From the IMG/VR virus record IMGVR_UViG_3300017971_000042, positions 2,375-66,374 of that record: a DNA stretch of 64,000 nt. One strand, written 5' to 3'. The translations under genes were made by a program, and so were the position numbers. The stretch is from a virus. The notes below the pieces were generated by a model. It ran no database searches, was not told the DNA's origin, and was given only the letters and a program-made list of their open reading frames with translations. This document shows, piece after piece, positions 40,987 through 50,543 of the stretch (position 1 is its first letter; the number at the start of each line of letters is the position of its first letter).

Positions 40987-41652
40987 ATGGCTCAATGTAA
41001 ATGGTGTGATAAAAAAGGATTTTTTCTATCTGTAAATCAAGATGGAGTGTGTAAGAATTGCGAAGGTATCATTGTTATTGATGTTCAACAAAGAATGAGA
41101 ATTATCAACGAATCAATTGAACTCTTTGAAAATTCAAAAAAAATGGAAACCAGATTATCTCGTCTCGATTTAGTAGAAGAACATCTTTCGGCAATCACTC
41201 AATATGAGGATAAAAATATCGAAATTATAAATCCTTCCGCAAAATCCCTCTTAAATAAATTCGAAGGGAAGCACGATAAAATCATCTTGGAACATATGAC
41301 CGAGATTGCCGAAAACGCCCTTACAAAGGCGGAAGTCGCCACTACTACGAGAACTAAGGTTAATGCTATAAATAAAGCCCTGTTGAAAATCCGTGAAATG
41401 CAAAAGCAACTTGAGGAAGCATCATCTCTCGATGATCTTGAAAAGAAGCTAAACACCTTCATTCATAAGACACAAATAGACTCATTTATTAATGAAGCCA
41501 AGAAGGCCGAGTTTAAGGGTAATAATAAAAAGGCAATTGACCAATACCAAGAAGCTTTATATTTCCTAAAAACTGACAATGTAGATGATATCCAGCAACA
41601 AAAAGAAATATCGGAAATAGAAGCTAATATCGAACGGTTAAAGAATCAATAA
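40987..41652 (+). CDS. Zn-ribbon plus helical/TPR-like protein
   Basis: CKWC...CKNC; C-terminal KAEFKGNNKKAIDQYQEALY. Confidence 0.6.
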   Translation: MAQCKWCDKKGFFLSVNQDGVCKNCEGIIVIDVQQRMRIINESIELFENSKKMETRLSRLDLVEEHLSAITQYEDKNIEIINPSAKSLLNKFEGKHDKIILEHMTEIAENALTKAEVATTTRTKVNAINKALLKIREMQKQLEEASSLDDLEKKLNTFIHKTQIDSFINEAKKAEFKGNNKKAIDQYQEALYFLKTDNVDDIQQQKEISEIEANIERLKNQ

Positions 41653-41667
41653 ATTTCAAATATAGTA

Positions 41668-42756
41668 ATGCCCTACCGCAAACCTAAAAACAAACCCAAT
41701 CCCCAACGCGACGGCATCTTCAAACGCTCAGAGAATGGCATATATTACGGCTGGCTGCCTTCCAGATACAAAAAAGGACTCCCTGCCCGAGTATCACTTA
41801 AAACCCGTGATTTCGTCAAGGCCAAGCGCCGCTACGAGCATTTACTGGCGACTGAAGCCGATGAACCATCTGAATCACCTATCCGGATTCAGGAGTTCTT
41901 TAACGATTACTTAAATACTCACAGTAAACCACCACGGAAGTCAGAGAAATACTGTCGGTTAGAACGATATCGCCTCAACAGGATTTTAAATTATCTGCAA
42001 TCTAAGGGGTGTTCAAACCTTAAGGATATCACTCCTCAGATCGTTGAGAGCTTGAAATCCTCATTAATTGATCAGAAGCTTGCCCCAAAGACAATTAATG
42101 ACTATATCATTCAGTTGAAGACGGTTTTAAACATTGCCCTCAATTACGATTACATTGAAAAGAATCCCACTAAAATCATTAAAATGTTGAAGGTTACCAA
42201 CGTACGCTCTCGTAAGGCCTTTACAAAAAAAGAGATTAAGACTATCCTTGAGATGGCTGATGATGATACGGGACAATACATCAGACTAATATTATTAACC
42301 GGTGTCAGGTTATCGGAGCTGGCAAATCTTAGGTGGGATGATATTGACCTGGAAAACCGACATCTAATCGTACAATCGAAAGACGGTTTCGCACCCAAAT
42401 CCCGTAAAGTTCGCTATATCGATTTAAGCAACGAAGCTATAGAGTTCTTCAATGACCTCTCCCGTAATGGTAAATATATCTTCTGCAATGGATCGGGAAA
42501 TAAACGCTATAAGGATCCCGGAGACTATACAAAGAGGATTAATGCTGTTTTAAGAGAAGCCGGATTATATCAGAAAGGATTTGGAGCTCACACGCTCCGG
42601 CATACATATATAAGTATGCTCTGCCAGGCCGGAGTACCGATAACGACAGTCAAAGAATTAGCTGGTCATGCGGACATACAGACGACAATGAAATACATTC
42701 ATTTGACCCCCGGACACCGGCGTTCGGTAGTGGAAAAACTGGAATTTTTACCATAA
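41668..42756 (+). CDS. int: Tyrosine integrase
   Basis: TGVRLSE, K, HTLRH, LAGH..IQTTMKY. Confidence 0.95.
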   Translation: MPYRKPKNKPNPQRDGIFKRSENGIYYGWLPSRYKKGLPARVSLKTRDFVKAKRRYEHLLATEADEPSESPIRIQEFFNDYLNTHSKPPRKSEKYCRLERYRLNRILNYLQSKGCSNLKDITPQIVESLKSSLIDQKLAPKTINDYIIQLKTVLNIALNYDYIEKNPTKIIKMLKVTNVRSRKAFTKKEIKTILEMADDDTGQYIRLILLTGVRLSELANLRWDDIDLENRHLIVQSKDGFAPKSRKVRYIDLSNEAIEFFNDLSRNGKYIFCNGSGNKRYKDPGDYTKRINAVLREAGLYQKGFGAHTLRHTYISMLCQAGVPITTVKELAGHADIQTTMKYIHLTPGHRRSVVEKLEFLP

Positions 42757-43096
42757 ATGGTATTGACATCTTTAATAGATTATGATACAGTTAGTTACAT
42801 CTTGTTTAATGGAGGAATCAATGAGATTTCTTTCATACGGTAAACTTATAATGTCAGCTACAATTATCTTTCATCTAACACATGACCCATTTAATAATCA
42901 TGAATATCATACTCATCAGGAAACCTATCTTCAACCTCCAATTTGTGCAGAAAGAATGGTTACGAACATGACTTCAAGCAACAATCCCTATACGATAGAA
43001 TCTAATATTATTATTAATAGGAGTGGATTTTCAATTTAGATTTCTACCCAATATTCACACAGATTTTGTAAGTTATTGTTACACAATCTCTCGGTA

Positions 43097-43120
43097 AGGT
43101 TCAATCCCTGCCGGGGGTAC
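43097..43120 (+). other. attP core: tRNA 3'-end fragment
   Basis: AGG-TTCAATC-CCTGC-CGGGGGT-AC = T-loop, T-stem 3' side and acceptor 3' strand, with no 5' tRNA half; flanked by imperfect direct repeats TTCTACCCAATATTCACAC (~43042) and TTCTGCCCAATTACTACAC (~43238). Confidence 0.75.
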
Positions 43121-43335
43121 TTTTTATTAGTCCCCGAGTAATAACGATTTAATGCTTAATTGTTTTTATAATAGCAGGTTATGGTCATACCAATACTTAG
43201 CATAATCTATCATAACTTAACATTTCAAATTTTTATTTCTGCCCAATTACTACACACCTCATCCGTGCTGTTTTCATAATAAACACCATATATATTTTTC
43301 TTGAAATTCCCAAGTAATAGAAGCATTATACCGTC

Positions 43336-44784
43336 ATGGAAATCTTGACAGATAAAACTTGCCAATTTAAAAATGATAATGGAGAGCTGGTATGTTCAAG
43401 GGAAATCTATCAGGATGAGGATAAATGCATCTTTCATTCCCAGATTGAGAATAAAGATGTCATTCAGTTCCAAATGGATTTGAAATCCTCTTATGAAAAA
43501 AGCGGTGATGTTTGGGACCTCAGCGATGTTATCTTTCCTAAGGATTTTGAATTTAAGGACTATGTAATTGATAAAAAAGTCTATTTCAAAGACTCAATTT
43601 TTTTAGGTACAACTACATTTCAAAATATTATATTCAGGGACTTCGTATCTTTTGCCAATTCACTATTTAAAGGCACAACATATTTTCGCGATATTTCATT
43701 TAAAGGCATTGATTTCGATCAAGAATCCAATGACAAGGGATTTAGAGAAGGAATACATTTTGATAATGTAATATTCGAAGAACATGTTAATTTTCGAAAC
43801 ACATACTTTAGAAAGGTAGCGGATTTTTTTGAAACCGAGTTTCTGAGTAGCGCAAATTTTTATAAAACCAACTTTGATTGCTTAACAAGATTTATTAGAG
43901 CTACATTTGATGGAAACATCTTTTTTAGGTCAACAATATTTAAGGATGTAATATTCAGCACAAGCAAAGTAACAAACAAATCCAGCATTATTTTCGATGG
44001 CGAAAATGAATATGGAAGAAATATGTTTGTTGACAAAGCTGATTTTTCTAATGTCGTCCTCGATAATCCTAAAAGATTGACTTTTAGGAAGGTGTCACTT
44101 GAGAAATGCCTTTTTTTAGAAACAGATGTTAGTTTGATAAAATTCCATGATGTGACCTGGCCAGAAAAACGTATTACTAAACGAAAATATGTATATGATG
44201 AAATCTCGCCGGATGAAAGGTGGTTAAATAGGGAGAATTCCCCTCAGAAATCAAATTTAAGAAAACGTCCGAGATATGATTATAATCTAATCGCACATCT
44301 ATATCGTCGTCTTCAAGCCAACTATGATTTTAATTATCAATACCCAGAGGCAGGAGATTTTTATTTTGGCGAACAAGAAATGATAAGAAGAGCGAAAAAG
44401 AGACCTTGGCGTTATATCTCCCCAAATTATATTTACTTGATATGCTCCCGTTATGGTCAAAGTTGGATAATTCCTTTGATCTGGATTTTATTAATCCTAA
44501 TTCTATCTTCATTCGTACTCTTACTAACAGGTGTTAATCTTAATAACATGATTATAAACCAGGATTTAAATTCTTCAGGAGAACTTTTTCTATTTCAGAC
44601 TATATATTGGTCTATATTTAGTGAAAATTTAAGATTTGTAATCTTTGATTTTACTAAATTTGATACTATTTTACAGGATCCATTTCAAAGGATATATGTA
44701 GTTGGAGAACTATTTGTGGTTATTGGCCTATTTACTCTATTCCTTCTTGCACTCAGGCGAAAGTTTAAGAGGAAGAGTTATTAA
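43336..44784 (+). CDS. Pentapeptide-repeat protein with C-terminal TM domain (moron)
   Basis: KCIFH, F..A.F-type pentapeptide repeats, YRRLQ..AGDFYF.E, YGQSW..P, TM helices. Confidence 0.8.
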   Translation: MEILTDKTCQFKNDNGELVCSREIYQDEDKCIFHSQIENKDVIQFQMDLKSSYEKSGDVWDLSDVIFPKDFEFKDYVIDKKVYFKDSIFLGTTTFQNIIFRDFVSFANSLFKGTTYFRDISFKGIDFDQESNDKGFREGIHFDNVIFEEHVNFRNTYFRKVADFFETEFLSSANFYKTNFDCLTRFIRATFDGNIFFRSTIFKDVIFSTSKVTNKSSIIFDGENEYGRNMFVDKADFSNVVLDNPKRLTFRKVSLEKCLFLETDVSLIKFHDVTWPEKRITKRKYVYDEISPDERWLNRENSPQKSNLRKRPRYDYNLIAHLYRRLQANYDFNYQYPEAGDFYFGEQEMIRRAKKRPWRYISPNYIYLICSRYGQSWIIPLIWILLILILSSFVLLLTGVNLNNMIINQDLNSSGELFLFQTIYWSIFSENLRFVIFDFTKFDTILQDPFQRIYVVGELFVVIGLFTLFLLALRRKFKRKSY

Positions 44785-45354
44785 TTAAATCCTAAATCCA
44801 ATTAGAAATCCCACCCTCCTTTCACTGAAGGTCGGACCAATTAGAAGCCCCCTGTATTGACCATATAATCCAACAAACGGTTTTGAAGCTAATCCTACGA
44901 ACGCCCCCCATTCGAACCGGTGAGATGGTTTTGGAGGTATCCCCTTCAGCTTTCCGGAATACTCCCCGGAGAATCGATTGATAAACAGATCTCCCTGGAC
45001 TTTATAATTGCCGGCAAGAACCTCATCGATGGTGATGCTTAGAACCGGCCTGAGTATAATCTCCCGAAAGGATACATAGCTGCCGATCGTATCCTTCGGC
45101 GACCTGATTTCAAATGTAAAATCAGGGATACTGTCGACCGGTACCGGTTTTCCTTCCAGGGTGACATATATAGTATCCCCATAAATCGTATCCGGAACGG
45201 CATCGGCGGTACCCTGCAGCTCCGCAGCTTCATTTTTTAATTCGGCAATTTTGTTATCCCGCTTCTCGAGTTGATTATTCTTATAGAATAGCATAATCCC
45301 GAGAACGATTACCAGAATCAACAATGATGTGATGAAGCCGTTTTTAATGTTCAC
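44785..45354 (-). CDS. Spanin-like/exported lysis accessory protein
   Basis: N-terminal TM, coiled coil, C-terminal amphipathic beta strands ending GFRI; last gene of the lysis block. Confidence 0.45.
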   Translation of the reverse strand: MNIKNGFITSLLILVIVLGIMLFYKNNQLEKRDNKIAELKNEAAELQGTADAVPDTIYGDTIYVTLEGKPVPVDSIPDFTFEIRSPKDTIGSYVSFREIILRPVLSITIDEVLAGNYKVQGDLFINRFSGEYSGKLKGIPPKPSHRFEWGAFVGLASKPFVGLYGQYRGLLIGPTFSERRVGFLIGFRI

Positions 45355-45550
45355 CGTTTCCTTCCCGGACAGCTACGTTCTTAGAACGGGTGTTGCCGGC
45401 AACGTATGTACCATAAACACCGGTTAATATTCCGACAAACGCTATGAATTGCGGTTTATCAAGACAATAACCCACAAAAGCCAGCATCACAATGAAGGCT
45501 CCAAAAATAAGCCTGGTACTGATCAGCTTGTGCCAGATTCTCTCATTCAT
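45344..45550 (-). CDS. Holin-like 2-TM protein
   Basis: KLISTRLIF..two TMs..YVAGN. Confidence 0.6.
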   Translation of the reverse strand: MNERIWHKLISTRLIFGAFIVMLAFVGYCLDKPQFIAFVGILTGVYGTYVAGNTRSKNVAVREGNGEH

Positions 45551-46100
45551 AATTATCCTCCAAATATTTAATAGCATCTTCTATTACATCAAAACCCCTA
45601 TAGAATGACTGGCCATTGCTCCAAACCTTTACCCAGAATCGTTTACAGACAGTCTTGTATCGTCTTCTCACCCAATCCATCCAGGCATCATTCCCCAGGC
45701 CGAGATGCATGATTCTCTCTCGAGGATAGAATCCGATTCGGTGAAAGTACTTCATGGCGATTTCAGCTAATTGTATCTGTCGTCTAACATCTCCGATATT
45801 TACATCAACACAAAGGGCCGAATTATGCTCTGAATGTTTAGTGCCGATCCCTTCGCTTCCATCTCGATATCCGGAGGTGATATAACCGGTCTTATCTTTT
45901 AATCCCTGCCTTTTATAATTCCCACCAGCGAATGCTTCCAGGCCAGCCTCTCTACAGAACTTCTTATAATTAGTCAATACCGGATTGGGCGTTTCCCAGA
46001 TAATGATTAAATCCGGATCCGGTTCTGGAACCGCCCGCATTACTCCGAGCTCTGCGAGATTCGGAGGTAATAGTATAATTTTGTCAGTAGCGTCTACCAA
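45543..46100 (-). CDS. Endolysin, peptidase M15-like
   Basis: ITSGYR, SEH..ALCVD, RIGFY....MHL. Confidence 0.7.
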   Translation of the reverse strand: MVDATDKIILLPPNLAELGVMRAVPEPDPDLIIIWETPNPVLTNYKKFCREAGLEAFAGGNYKRQGLKDKTGYITSGYRDGSEGIGTKHSEHNSALCVDVNIGDVRRQIQLAEIAMKYFHRIGFYPRERIMHLGLGNDAWMDWVRRRYKTVCKRFWVKVWSNGQSFYRGFDVIEDAIKYLEDNYE

Positions 46101-47758
46101 TCAAACTCCCATGTATCCTGATCCGGGATTATTATATTTTCTCGCTTCCATTCATCACGGCCTATCCTGAATACAAAGATATATTTGGAATCAGATGGGT
46201 TCAGAATCGAATTAGGATAAAGCGGTACTTCCCAGTGTCCTAATGAATCAGATTCAATCTCCTCTTCAAGATTTATTATGATCCGACCATCAGGAGCCTT
46301 TAGCACCCTCGTATCGCTGGTGATTTTTATCTTTATATTCTCATGCGCTGTCCCCATCATGCCGCCGAAGTCACCCCAGACATTGCATAAATCAGGATCT
46401 GTTGGAGCTTGAGGATTAAACGCCGCGCAGAAGAACGTATCGGTGACCCCCCCATTGACTGAAACCGAATAAGGTATCCCGCTGAATTTATATCCGGATT
46501 TATTTGGAACTATTTTATATGAACCATCGATTAGGCTTGCCACCAACAATCCATTAGGATCTGTCCGCCAATAATTCATTGTACTTGTCATCCCGGAATT
46601 GTATATCCTGATCCAGCACTGATCAACTGCAGAAGAGTCCGTTTCATCTAAAGTATAAAAATAACAGGGATTATAATTGCTTCCGGCAAAAGCATCTACA
46701 ATGGCCTGGGCAGTGTCCACCATGGCCTGCTTGGTAGCTCCATAAACGGTAGCAGAATCCAGGCTACCTGCTTCCCCCTGGTATTTACTCGTCGAATCCT
46801 CCAATACCTGTACAACCGCGCCGTAAACAACCGAGGAATCAACACCTGCGGCATCACCCTGATACTTACTTGTGGAGTCTTCTAATACTTGAACAACTGC
46901 GCCATAAACAACAGACGAATCCGGTAGACCCGAGACATCCGCCTTAAAGGCATTTTCATTACTATCAGCCGTGAACTCAGCATAAATATCAGCCGCGGTA
47001 AGGCTACTTCCTGGCCCCTGGTATAGGTCAGAAGAGTCTGTAGCTACTTGTGCAACAATATCTGCTATTGATCCCGAGTCATTAGAATCAGTAGGATCGA
47101 ACATGGATAATCCCGAAACGTCTGACTTATAGTTATCCGGATTATTAGCTATTAAACTTAAGTCTCCTGCGCTACTATCAACCATTGTAACCTTATCAGT
47201 AGTATAATCGAAAGTAGATAAACCGGATACATCGGCATGATACCTGTCTGGATTTTGCAGAGAGTCAATTACAGCATTCAACGAATCAATGATATCCTGA
47301 GCCAGGGTATTGTTCCATACAGAATCCCCAACCTCGGATAGTGTTGCCAAATTAGATGTTAATGCGGTAACGTATTCTGCTATAGTGGGGAATACAACAG
47401 TCTGTCCGATAATATGCATTTCAGGAGAACCTGCATCTAACAACCATATACCGATCTGATAAACCCCTGTAGAATCTAATTGTATCATGCCACTCGCACA
47501 GGACGCATCACCATTAACAGAATAGGTTAGATAGGCTGTTTCATAATAAGATGTTGCGGTATCAGCTATCAATCCCAAACAACAGACTACCAAGGCCGTG
47601 TCTGCTGAAGTTAAAACAATGGGCGAATTGATAGTAATCGGAAATGGTTGTTTCTCAATAGCAAAAAAGTTTTGCCAATAAGTATCTGCCGGGCTATGTG
47701 CTCCATATACATTCGCTGCCATTAGTAATATTAAGATTAATGAAAATATGTATTTCAT
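46094..47758 (-). CDS. Exported repeat protein with C-terminal beta-sandwich domains
   Basis: Signal peptide (..ANVYG/A); ADVSGL and DSSVVYGAVVQVLED repeats. Confidence 0.7.
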   Translation of the reverse strand: MKYIFSLILILLMAANVYGAHSPADTYWQNFFAIEKQPFPITINSPIVLTSADTALVVCCLGLIADTATSYYETAYLTYSVNGDASCASGMIQLDSTGVYQIGIWLLDAGSPEMHIIGQTVVFPTIAEYVTALTSNLATLSEVGDSVWNNTLAQDIIDSLNAVIDSLQNPDRYHADVSGLSTFDYTTDKVTMVDSSAGDLSLIANNPDNYKSDVSGLSMFDPTDSNDSGSIADIVAQVATDSSDLYQGPGSSLTAADIYAEFTADSNENAFKADVSGLPDSSVVYGAVVQVLEDSTSKYQGDAAGVDSSVVYGAVVQVLEDSTSKYQGEAGSLDSATVYGATKQAMVDTAQAIVDAFAGSNYNPCYFYTLDETDSSAVDQCWIRIYNSGMTSTMNYWRTDPNGLLVASLIDGSYKIVPNKSGYKFSGIPYSVSVNGGVTDTFFCAAFNPQAPTDPDLCNVWGDFGGMMGTAHENIKIKITSDTRVLKAPDGRIIINLEEEIESDSLGHWEVPLYPNSILNPSDSKYIFVFRIGRDEWKRENIIIPDQDTWEFDW

Positions 47759-49020
47759 GGAGATACTCCTATAAACGTTTTGGGCATTGTATTAAATATT
47801 AAAATCCAGGGATCGGCACCGGTAGATGGGTTATGATTATAATTTGCTACACACAGGGCAGTTGTTGAGTTGATTGCCTTCACCGATGTTGCTTGTTCTC
47901 CGTTGCCATCAGTCCCATAATTAGCCACATAAACAGTATTTCCGTTTTTATCCACATTGACCACAAGTAGGTCTTGATGATATCTTTGGTTATAGTTTTC
48001 CGTTCGGCAACTACCTACACAAAACAATGAACTATCGTTTTCCATTTGGACAAGAGACATTAAATAGTCGTTTTTAAAAGAATGGATATTCCGGTTCTTG
48101 GGTATTTCAGTGAACCAGACCGTATTCCCCAATGTATCGATTTTAGCTACAAAGGCCGTGAAACACAGTATATCAAAATGGTTAATCCCACCGCATATAT
48201 AGTAACAACTACCGTCCAATGATTCTATACAACCGTAAACCTCTGACCAATATCTATAACTATCTCCGTAGTGCCTTAGCCATAAAGTATCACCATCAGA
48301 TTTATCTAATTTCAATAATACTCCATCAGGCCGGTCGTTTGAAGCATCAGCATCAGTGAAGTCGGGGCTTCCACTATATCCGGAAGTTAAATAATGGCCT
48401 GACGATGTAGGAATTATCTGTTGTAGATGATCTACTCCATTTGAGCCACCGGGATTGAGGCTTTTTGTCCAGAGGGTATCGCCGAGTGAATCGGTTCTGA
48501 TAATCCAAAAATCTTTATTGCCGCCACCAAAGTAGGACTCTGAGCTTCCACAAACCGCGAAACCACTGTCGGACGCTTCAAAAGATACGCATCGAAACCA
48601 ATTATCATAGGACGTACTCCCATAGGTCTGCATCCAAAGAGAGTCACCCGTTGACGCATTAACTTTTAATAGAAATCCAAGTTTACTGCCCCCGGTATGA
48701 GTAGTATATCCTGCTACTACAATATTGCCATCCGCGGTTTCACAAACAGAATAGCCCCTGTCATCATCGCCAGCACCATTAAAGGTTCTTGCCCATACGG
48801 TGTCCAAATCAGCATCATATTTAATGAGTAGTATGTTTTCATTCCCGATCCCTCCATGGACATGAAAACCAGCGGAATAATAATAGCCATCGGAATGAAT
48901 TAATACACTGCGAGGCTTATCATCATAGTTCGGATTATTTGTCAGGATGTTGGTTCCGAGGATATCCTGAGCATAGCAGTTTGAGCATAGGATAATTGTA
49001 AAAATTATAATTCTAATCAT
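47755..49020 (-). CDS. Exported beta-propeller protein
   Basis: Signal peptide; repeated L.K.D..GDTLW...YG blades. Confidence 0.75.
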   Translation of the reverse strand: MIRIIIFTIILCSNCYAQDILGTNILTNNPNYDDKPRSVLIHSDGYYYSAGFHVHGGIGNENILLIKYDADLDTVWARTFNGAGDDDRGYSVCETADGNIVVAGYTTHTGGSKLGFLLKVNASTGDSLWMQTYGSTSYDNWFRCVSFEASDSGFAVCGSSESYFGGGNKDFWIIRTDSLGDTLWTKSLNPGGSNGVDHLQQIIPTSSGHYLTSGYSGSPDFTDADASNDRPDGVLLKLDKSDGDTLWLRHYGDSYRYWSEVYGCIESLDGSCYYICGGINHFDILCFTAFVAKIDTLGNTVWFTEIPKNRNIHSFKNDYLMSLVQMENDSSLFCVGSCRTENYNQRYHQDLLVVNVDKNGNTVYVANYGTDGNGEQATSVKAINSTTALCVANYNHNPSTGADPWILIFNTMPKTFIGVSP

Positions 49021-50543
49021 TACTCTGATCCTATGAGAATATATTTTGTAGGTGGTTCGGGTTCTCCGGATGATTTCTGAAGTATAATCCCTTCAACATT
49101 CTTAATATCTACGCTTGATAGCGGAGATCCTTTAATCGAATCTGCATCGATGACCATCCATGTGGTGTCCGGTAAATCAATAGTAACGTTTGATGCCGAA
49201 GAATAATTACTACCATTCCTGGCCCTATATAATATCATAAACTCCTCCCCGTCATCCCTTGTAAACTCCCTTCGATAAACAGTAAATGCCTGTGAAGCAC
49301 CATCGGTCCCTGTCGTATCAACAAACCGAGCGCTATCGGGTTGCCCTATATCATAATGCAATATCGGTTGCCACCATATAGTATCTGCGATGTTAAAGTT
49401 ATTATCTCCTGATTGCCCCATCATAAAGAAGAAATGTCCGGTGTCAGCAAAAGAATAGAAATGACATAATCGCTCCATGAATCCTCGATGCCAACTACCT
49501 AATGCGGCAGTATCTGCAGGAGGATTGTTATACCATACTATCACCCTACCTCTATCATTAGAAATGACCAACTTGAACATCGAATCCACGTAAACCGGGT
49601 TCCAAAAATCCTGTTGTAAGGGAGATATTAGTAGATACTCACCAAACAATATTCCGCTTCCATATTGATAAACATCCTGAGTTAAATCGGAATTCGGAAC
49701 GCCATAAGCAGCCATATTGGGAAACAACCCTAAGAGATTGTTAGTGGAACATGCGGCGACTATTTCCGGAAGCCATGTATTTTGCTTTAAGTGAACCAGG
49801 CTATCTCTACATTGTTGATTACTGTATCCATCCCAACCTGCGACATCCTGAAAACTCCCATGACTCCATTCTGTGTCCTGGAGAGGAAAACACATCATAT
49901 TTCCGTAGTCATTGATCCCAGTATAATTATACCAACCGTTAGCCTCGTCTTCCATTATCCCATCATATTCATAAACACCATCACTATCGGGATCACATTC
50001 ATAAAGGAACTTCCAAATAATAAATTTCCGGGCTGCTTCTTTGGTTAAATCAGGGGCGTATCGTCTTTGACTAAAACCGCACCACTTAACCGTATCCTCA
50101 TTGGTGGCATCCCAAATACACAGTACAGAATCTGTAGTAGTACAAGGAGGTTGATCGGGGGCAACGGCATTAATGCAGATTGAATCTCCCGTATCTACCC
50201 ATAAGAAAAGATCATCATAATCGTACTGGGGGTACTCAGCCAAGAACTTCGGTATTAATGTAGGTACATCGGGACCACGATAGGTTGAGAATGTTGCGTA
50301 TCTTATAATCTTGGTATCTGGATCTCCGGCCTTGATAGTATCATAGTCTAAATCTTCCCATTCGGCATTAACACATAAATCAAAATGACTACCCGCCCAG
50401 AAAAGGGCTTCATATTCACTCGAAGAGTATGTCATAACCCCTGTTCTAATACTTGGATTTTTAGGATAATCCGCCTGAGTCAGCTTTATACAGCAGACAA
50501 GCGACAATAAAATAATAATGGTTATGAGAATAAGCTTCTTCAA
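49020..50543 (-). CDS. Exported putative glycoside hydrolase (GHL15-like TIM barrel)
   Basis: Signal peptide, IKAGDPDTKIIRY, YDGIMEDE, YDIGQP..VYRREF..ILY. Confidence 0.6.
   Translation of the reverse strand: MKKLILITIIILLSLVCCIKLTQADYPKNPSIRTGVMTYSSSEYEALFWAGSHFDLCVNAEWEDLDYDTIKAGDPDTKIIRYATFSTYRGPDVPTLIPKFLAEYPQYDYDDLFLWVDTGDSICINAVAPDQPPCTTTDSVLCIWDATNEDTVKWCGFSQRRYAPDLTKEAARKFIIWKFLYECDPDSDGVYEYDGIMEDEANGWYNYTGINDYGNMMCFPLQDTEWSHGSFQDVAGWDGYSNQQCRDSLVHLKQNTWLPEIVAACSTNNLLGLFPNMAAYGVPNSDLTQDVYQYGSGILFGEYLLISPLQQDFWNPVYVDSMFKLVISNDRGRVIVWYNNPPADTAALGSWHRGFMERLCHFYSFADTGHFFFMMGQSGDNNFNIADTIWWQPILHYDIGQPDSARFVDTTGTDGASQAFTVYRREFTRDDGEEFMILYRARNGSNYSSASNVTIDLPDTTWMVIDADSIKGSPLSSVDIKNVEGIILQKSSGEPEPPTKYILIGSE

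Noticed and set aside
42782-43039. ORF downstream of the integrase
   Set aside because: An RBS and a possible promoter exist, but there are no recognisable features and it adjoins the att region; coding status unresolved.
43085-43125. Complete tRNA gene
   Set aside because: Only the 3' 24 nt are present; the 5' T-stem strand is already mismatched.
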